From an archaeon (GTDB taxonomy: Archaea > Nanobdellota > Nanobdellia > Pacearchaeales > GW2011-AR1), in the NCBI GenBank assembly GCA_043810865.1, contig JBDRNS010000005.1, forward strand, positions 2,821-66,820: a stretch of DNA of 64,000 nucleotides, read 5' to 3'. The notes beneath the pieces were generated by a model that worked only from the letters and a program-made list of their open reading frames with translations, ran no database searches and was not told the DNA's origin. The position numbers were made by a program, and so were the translations under genes. Below are positions 58,899-64,000 of this stretch, one piece after another (positions within the stretch are counted from its first letter, which is position 1; every line of letters starts with the position of its first letter).

Positions 58899-59117
58899 AT
58901 GTCTAAGTTGCCAAGAATTTCTGGCGTAGAGATTATAAAAATTTTGACTAAATTCTTTGGTTTTAGAACATTAAGGCAAAGAGGAAGTCATGTAACTCTT
59001 ACTAATGATTTGGTTTTTCTCACTGTTCCTTTACATTTGGAATCAGATAAGGGAACATTACTAGCAATTTTAAAAGACGCAAATATCTCAAGAGATGATT
59101 TTTTGGAATATGTTTGA
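58899..59117 (+). CDS. hicA: HicA-family mRNA interferase toxin
   Basis: 'GFRTLRQRGSHVTLTN...TVPLHLESDKGTLLAILKDANISRDDFL' (YcfA/HicA fold motifs); 2 nt after hicB. Confidence 0.75.
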   Translation: MSKLPRISGVEIIKILTKFFGFRTLRQRGSHVTLTNDLVFLTVPLHLESDKGTLLAILKDANISRDDFLEYV

Positions 59118-59138
59118 AGTCAAATTCTTTAATAAGGA

Positions 59139-59423
59139 TTAAAGTTTTTCATTTGGGAGCGGCTCTTTCATACCCTGAAGTTTTTCTATTGTTCCTTCAT
59201 TTACTTTTGTTGCAAATTTTGCCAATTTTGAAAGTCCGAAAAATACGGCTGCAATTACGAGAAGAACCAAACCTACTTTCCAACTAAAAAGAAAAGATAT
59301 AACTGCAATAATAAGAAAAATTATAGATAACGCGAAAAGTATAACACGGCTTATTCTGTTTTTTGCATTAGAAACCTGAACGTGCATTGCTGTTAAGTCC
59401 AATGCAGTGTTTTTTATGCTCAT
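59139..59423 (-). CDS. small membrane protein (2 TM)
   Basis: 'ISRVILFALSIIFLIIAVISFLFSWKVGLVLLVIAAVFFGL'. Confidence 0.4.
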   Translation of the reverse strand: MSIKNTALDLTAMHVQVSNAKNRISRVILFALSIIFLIIAVISFLFSWKVGLVLLVIAAVFFGLSKLAKFATKVNEGTIEKLQGMKEPLPNEKL

Positions 59424-59494
59424 TGTTTTTTCAAGAGAAGATGCTTTTTATATTTTATGAGAAGTTTTAAAAACTAAATTTCTTCTCTCATACA

Positions 59495-59761
59495 ATGGTT
59501 AAAGGTAAAGTTATTCAGTTTCGCAGAGGAAGGCACAAAATTCATGAAAAGCATTTTTTAATTGAAATTCCAAATGTTGCAACAAAAAAAGATGCGGAGA
59601 AATTTGTCGGCAAAAACGTGGAATGGATTTCTCCCGGAAAGTTAAAAAAAGTTATCAAAGGAAAAATCGCGGCGCCGCACGGGAATAAAGGTGTTGTTCG
59701 CGCGATTTTTGAGAAGGGCTTGCCTGGACAGGCGATAGCGACGGAGGTTGAGATAAATTAA
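59495..59761 (+). CDS. rpl35ae: ribosomal protein L35Ae
   Basis: 'KGKIAAPHGNKGVVRAIFEKGLPGQAIATEVEI'. Confidence 0.8.
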   Translation: MVKGKVIQFRRGRHKIHEKHFLIEIPNVATKKDAEKFVGKNVEWISPGKLKKVIKGKIAAPHGNKGVVRAIFEKGLPGQAIATEVEIN

Positions 59762-59762
59762 A

Positions 59763-60299
59763 ATGGGGCTTAGAAAGGCAGCGTCGTATTCAAAGAAGAA
59801 AGTTGTTCCTTATACGAGAATTAGCAAGAAGAAACAGAAGTCATTTATCAAGACAGTTCCGCAGCAGAAGATTGTTAAGTTTTCTATGGGAAATGAGCAG
59901 TTTTTTAGGGAAGGGAAACTGCCTTATGAGATTACAGTTATCACGACGGAGAAAGTTCAGATAAGAAACAATGCTCTTGAGGCGTGCAGACAGTATCTTA
60001 ACAAGCAGTTTGACAAGGCAATTCCCAAAGAATATTATTTCAGGATAATTCCGTTTCCGCACCATATTCAGAGGGAGAACAAAATGCTTACCGGGGCAGG
60101 GGCGGACAGAATGCAGACAGGAATGCAATTGTCTTTCGGGAAAGCGACGAACAAGGCGGCAATTTTGAAAAGGAATGACAGGATTTTTTTCGTGGCTGTT
60201 GCAAACAAAAAAGCGGAACAGCTTGTAAGAAATCTGGTGAAAAAGGTTCACCCTAAACTCCCGTGCAAGATAAAAATTATTTCTGAAGTCAAAAAATAA
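59763..60299 (+). CDS. rpl10e: ribosomal protein L10e (L16 family)
   Basis: L10e/L16 core 'KLPYEITVITTEKVQIRNNALEACRQYLNKQ...AGADRMQTGMQLSFGKATNKAAILKRNDRIFFVAVANKKAEQLVRNLVKK'; 178 aa. Confidence 0.75.
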   Translation: MGLRKAASYSKKKVVPYTRISKKKQKSFIKTVPQQKIVKFSMGNEQFFREGKLPYEITVITTEKVQIRNNALEACRQYLNKQFDKAIPKEYYFRIIPFPHHIQRENKMLTGAGADRMQTGMQLSFGKATNKAAILKRNDRIFFVAVANKKAEQLVRNLVKKVHPKLPCKIKIISEVKK

Positions 60300-60340
60300 T
60301 TTTCAATGTGAAACAAACAGGATTATTTATTTGTCTGCTC

Positions 60341-60493
60341 GTTTCACTCGCAGATATTAATATAAATTATTAAATAAATAATTCTTTAGTCCATAAATCA
60401 CTACCGGTTGATTTCTTTTAATTTGAATTGTCAATGATGAGCGAAGCGAGGGAAATTATTGATAACAAACTCGTGAACGAAGTGAGCGCGAGA
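60341..60493. repeat. GC-box intergenic repeat, copy I
   Basis: 'TTGTCTGCTCGTTTCACTCGCAGATATTAAT' and 'GATGAGCGAAGCGAGGG...CTCGTGAACGAAGTGAGCGCGAG' (reverse complement of the copy H box). Confidence 0.55.
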
Positions 60494-60553
60494 AATTTTT
60501 AAGTAAAGTTTTGAGTATATAGAAATTTATAAATCCTGATTTTTATTTAAGAT

Positions 60554-60970
60554 ATGTTCTTTAGGAGTTTGCTGAACAGAGACGGAAACAGAGGAAATGA
60601 TTCTTTAGAGCAGGGTAATTCAAGATATCCTTTGGGAGAACTAAGAAGACACGTTGAAAGGAGAATTGAAATTGTTTATGTTGATTCTTTTATTGAGTCA
60701 GAAAAAAGAAAAAGAGAGATTAGGAGAGAATTGAACACTCTTGTTTTCCCGCCTTTTAAGGATGGTTTTTATTTAGGTTCCATGAATGGAGGGATTCCTA
60801 CTTTTGGTTTGGTTTATTTTAATCGCAAATATCCTGACGAATCAAGACAATACGTTTTGTCAATAGAGGATGAAAACGGAAAAGAAATTTACAGGAACCA
60901 CATTTCTCAGGAAAGGGTAAGACAATTTAATCATAGTTTGGTAAGGAATTCTCATTTGCACCTTAATTGA
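60554..60970 (+). CDS. hypothetical protein
   Basis: 138-aa ORF. Confidence 0.3.
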   Translation: MFFRSLLNRDGNRGNDSLEQGNSRYPLGELRRHVERRIEIVYVDSFIESEKRKREIRRELNTLVFPPFKDGFYLGSMNGGIPTFGLVYFNRKYPDESRQYVLSIEDENGKEIYRNHISQERVRQFNHSLVRNSHLHLN

Positions 60971-61022
60971 TTATACTACCAAGTAGTAACACTATGGAAA
61001 GATTTATAAAGTTGGAATTTGT

Positions 61023-61655
61023 GTGATTTTTATGGCTGAAGATAATCAAAAGGAGCTTACTCCTGAGGAAATGAGAGAAGAAATGAGAAAATCAAGAATG
61101 CAGGATTTAGAAAATGAATTCTATTTGGGTCTTGTTGGAGCTAATGCATTAAAAAGGAGCCCTGAATTATATGGAAAGATTGCAACTGAAATTGGTAATT
61201 CTTTATACTCTCAATTTATGACTGGCGATGATGCAGAAAAATTAAGGAAGAAGATGAGTAAGCAAGAAATGAGGGAGAGAGATGTTCTTGGAATTGCAGA
61301 TATGCCTGAATCTCCTTCAAATTATGCGGTTATGAAATTTGGTATAAGTGCTGTTCATAATGCTGTTGCAGGATTGCCTCTTGGGAATCTTGAAAATATA
61401 GTTAGGAAAGTTGCACCAGAAGTTAAATTAGAAATTCCAGAGCAATTAAGATTATATTCCGGAAATGAAGAAAAATTAAGTGAGGAAATTAGGGCAGATG
61501 TTAACAAATATAAGAATTTGGTTCTTACTGCAGTAACAGAGAGTGCTGCATATAAGTTAATTGATGCGCATAGATATGACGGATTAAATGCTACAGCAGA
61601 AGAGCTTGGAAAGAAATATAATCCAAAAGAAAGAGTTCTTGAAGTGAGAGAATAA
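61023..61655 (+). CDS. hypothetical protein
   Basis: 210-aa ORF, charged N-terminus. Confidence 0.35.
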   Translation: MIFMAEDNQKELTPEEMREEMRKSRMQDLENEFYLGLVGANALKRSPELYGKIATEIGNSLYSQFMTGDDAEKLRKKMSKQEMRERDVLGIADMPESPSNYAVMKFGISAVHNAVAGLPLGNLENIVRKVAPEVKLEIPEQLRLYSGNEEKLSEEIRADVNKYKNLVLTAVTESAAYKLIDAHRYDGLNATAEELGKKYNPKERVLEVRE

Positions 61656-62651
61656 TTATTTCTGACTTATAATTTCATTGACAAGTTTTGCCATTACCTG
61701 CAAAAATTCTTCTGCACGTTCTTGCCATTCATCTATTTCAACGCCTTTCAAGTCGTTTATTTCGCGATGGACAATTTTTTTGTGCAGCATTAACAAATCT
61801 CTGTACCAAAGAACGTATTTCATTTTCAGCATGTTTTTATTTACAAAATTTTCCTTCAAATCGAGAGCGATGTTTTCCGGAGAGGAAGGCATTATTCCAA
61901 GAGCAATCAAAGCGGCTTGCGCGGAATCAACCATTGCCCAATACAATCCTTCGACAGAACTCATTTCTGCTGTCTTGCTGTTTAAGATATGAATGGGTGC
62001 ACGTTCAAGCAAACTGTGAACTGATTCAGGTGTTGCTTTTATTTTTCCCGCCAGAAGAAGATATTTCAACGGTTCAAAAAATCCGCCGAAGTCAATAAGT
62101 GATTCTCCGTCGCGAATTATGTTTATAACAACAGGATCTCCTCTTAACAAGTCCTCCCACCAGGTTGTCAGTTTTATCGTGTTTATGTGCAGGTCCTTTT
62201 TGTAAGGATTTTTTCTGACAAGTTTTTCAAGTTCTTCCCTGTACCATGCGATGAGTTCCTGATCCCATCTTATTGTTGCGTCGTCGATAATAATCATTAT
62301 GTCTATGTCAGAACCGCGCGTGTTTTCCTGTTTTGCCGTCGAGCCAAAGAGGATAACTGATTTTATTATTTTATTGAACTGCTGATATGCTTTTGTTGCA
62401 AAGTCAAGTGCAATCTCGGGTTCTGTTCTTAACTGTAATGTCGGCGTGTCTCTTACACTTTCAACTTTTCTCTTTTTCTCTTTTTTTATTTTGTGGTGAA
62501 TTGCAGGAGATTTTATTTTTTTGTGTTTTTTCACACGCACTTTTTTATGCTTGTGATGTCTTTGCTTTTTTTTAGAGCTTTTGCTTTTATGTCTCTTAGA
62601 TTTTTCCAAACCTTTTTTCAATTTTGAAAGAAATTTGTCCTCTTTGTCCAT
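61656..62651 (-). CDS. Pol-beta-superfamily nucleotidyltransferase-domain protein with highly basic His/Lys-rich N-terminus (paralog of 56794-58626)
   Basis: 'ILFGSTAKQENTRGSDIDIMIIIDD'; 'LTTWWEDLLRGDPVVINIIRDGESLIDFGGFFEPLKYLLLAGKIKATPESV' aligns with the 56794 protein. Confidence 0.5.
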   Translation of the reverse strand: MDKEDKFLSKLKKGLEKSKRHKSKSSKKKQRHHKHKKVRVKKHKKIKSPAIHHKIKKEKKRKVESVRDTPTLQLRTEPEIALDFATKAYQQFNKIIKSVILFGSTAKQENTRGSDIDIMIIIDDATIRWDQELIAWYREELEKLVRKNPYKKDLHINTIKLTTWWEDLLRGDPVVINIIRDGESLIDFGGFFEPLKYLLLAGKIKATPESVHSLLERAPIHILNSKTAEMSSVEGLYWAMVDSAQAALIALGIMPSSPENIALDLKENFVNKNMLKMKYVLWYRDLLMLHKKIVHREINDLKGVEIDEWQERAEEFLQVMAKLVNEIISQK

Positions 62652-62726
62652 TTACACCTCTTTATTATATATCTTACAACATATATTATGTATTTTTAGT
62701 TTTTAAATTTTGTTTATTTGTATCAT

Positions 62727-62940
62727 TCGCTTTGCTCGTTCGGATTGATGATTAAAATTTTTTTGTTAATCTGTTCCCCGCCCACCCACCTCTCAAAAAT
62801 AATTAATAAGAAAAGATTTCTTAGCGATGATATTAGAATCACAAACAATTTGTTTTGTTTTTGTAAATTAGGTTCGCTCCAAAGTCGCCCGTGATTATCT
62901 GGCTCGGTTCCAGACATTCGTCAAGGAATTTCGCTTAAAG
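62727..62940. repeat. Mosaic intergenic repeat family, copy F
   Basis: 'CGCTTTGCTCGTTCGGATTGATGATTAAAATTT', 'GTTCCCCGCCCACCCACC', 'AATAATTAATAAGAAAAGATTTCTTAGCGATGATATTAGAATC', 'GGTTCGCTCCAAAGTCGCCCGTGATTA'. Confidence 0.6.
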
Positions 62941-63039
62941 AAATATTAATACATTAAATTTATCTGTGGAAAATTCGAGCAGAGCCGGATTTGGAATTGT
63001 ATTAATAGTGAGCGGTAGCGACGGAAATTTTCATAAAAT

Positions 63040-63981
63040 TTATTCCATCGGCGTTCCGCCCATTCTGCTTCCGCCTCTTTGCTGTCTTTGTCCGCCGAGT
63101 TCTGCCGGAAGATTTGAAAATCCTGCGCCGAATGTTTCGTAATTTATCGGAGGGAGCATGCCGCCGTAACCACCGAAGTAACCCTGTGTCAAGCCAACTG
63201 CCTGATTCCAATACGGTGCTGTTCCTGAATAAAACGGAGAGCCAAGTGCTTCAAATGTAGGCCCTATAGGAGATGTTTTTTGGAACTGCCACCAGTGCGC
63301 TGCCTCGACAATTTGTCTTACATCGTCAACTTTTCCGCCTTTTTTTCTAAGAGCATCCATTACTTCCTTGAAATCAACGTTTCCCATTCCCATCGGAAGT
63401 TCTACATTTTCCATTCCGAAATTATCTGAAAGATGGACATGCTTCAGGAACGGCGCAACTTTTTCCGCTTCTTTGATAATTTCCTCGCTTGTAAAACCAA
63501 ACTGCCTCAACTGATTTATGTGCCCGACATCCCATGTGACGCCGATTAATTTTTCCGCTTGTTTTTTTGCATCTGATGCAGACATGCCTTTTTCTGTAGC
63601 TTTCATGATAAACTGTTTTCTTGAGCCCTCAACCATTTTTTTTACATCTTCTGCTCTTGAGAGTCCGAAGCCGGCAGGAGGATTTTCAATGCTGATTATC
63701 GGTGATTTGTCCTTGAATTTATCATAAGCGGCGAATGCTGCGTTTCCGAAACTTTGCGCTGATTTTTCAAGAGCGAATGTTTCAGCCGGCTTGTAAATTT
63801 CAGGGTTAAGAGGACGTAAATCCTCCATAAGTTTTTGCATAGCAAATGAGGATTGATTTCTATTATGCGCTTCACCTAACCTTTTTCCAAATTCCTTAGA
63901 TATTTTCTTCAAACCTTCTCTTTTTTCTTCTGTTCCATATTTATATGCGCGATTAAAGAGTGTTTGAAGATGGGAATACAT
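63040..63981 (-). CDS. xylose-isomerase-like TIM-barrel (sugar-phosphate isomerase/epimerase family) protein with Gly-rich C-terminal tail; N-terminus may extend past the window edge
   Basis: 'WDVGHINQL', 'KHVHLSDN' metal-site motifs; C-terminal 'GYFGGYGGM...GGQRQQRGGSRMGG'. Confidence 0.45.
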   Translation of the reverse strand: MYSHLQTLFNRAYKYGTEEKREGLKKISKEFGKRLGEAHNRNQSSFAMQKLMEDLRPLNPEIYKPAETFALEKSAQSFGNAAFAAYDKFKDKSPIISIENPPAGFGLSRAEDVKKMVEGSRKQFIMKATEKGMSASDAKKQAEKLIGVTWDVGHINQLRQFGFTSEEIIKEAEKVAPFLKHVHLSDNFGMENVELPMGMGNVDFKEVMDALRKKGGKVDDVRQIVEAAHWWQFQKTSPIGPTFEALGSPFYSGTAPYWNQAVGLTQGYFGGYGGMLPPINYETFGAGFSNLPAELGGQRQQRGGSRMGGTPME

Positions 63982-64000
63982 ATCTTTTATTTGTTCCTCG

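Overview
This window is an AT-rich (about one-third GC) fragment of an archaeal chromosome. It is gene-dense on both strands and carries aIF5B, aIF2-gamma, ribosomal proteins S6e/S28e/L24e/L7Ae/S12/S7/L35Ae/L10e, Kae1, Dph2/Dph5, archaeal DTD2 and a TrmB regulator, alongside bacterial-type gyrase GyrA/GyrB and an adenylate kinase. The small, streamlined gene set and the many surface proteins suggest a DPANN-like or similar small-genome archaeon. Housekeeping content includes ArgRS, IleRS, a PurS-PurL fusion with PurQ, PyrE/PyrF, CstA, a redox cluster (SOD, peroxiredoxin, TrxB, ferredoxin, glutaredoxin) and an Obg-family GTPase. I found three tRNAs: two tRNA-Ser genes that appear to be interrupted by introns sharing a 22-nt segment (one intron about 122 nt), and tRNA-Val. 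No rRNA genes or CRISPR arrays were seen. The most notable structure is a family of at least 10 mosaic GC-rich repeat elements sitting in unusually long intergenic spacers. They share a 19-mer present in both orientations, terminal-inverted-repeat-like boxes, a conserved AATTAATAA...GATTTTTTAGC...TTAGAAG module and a canonical G-quadruplex motif. Other accessory items are a HicB/HicA toxin-antitoxin pair lying between two divergent paralogous Pol-beta-superfamily nucleotidyltransferase proteins, a 157-aa minimal PolX-like polymerase core, a standalone Cas4-like nuclease, a PC4-like ssDNA-binding protein, a SemiSWEET transporter, a frameshifted DUF45 metallopeptidase, a GHMP-kinase/methyltransferase fusion, four small genes wedged between gyrB and gyrA, a cluster of cysteine-repeat and coiled-coil surface proteins, and three proteins with twin-arginine-like signal peptides. 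All functional calls rest on motif recognition by eye; none were verified by database searches.
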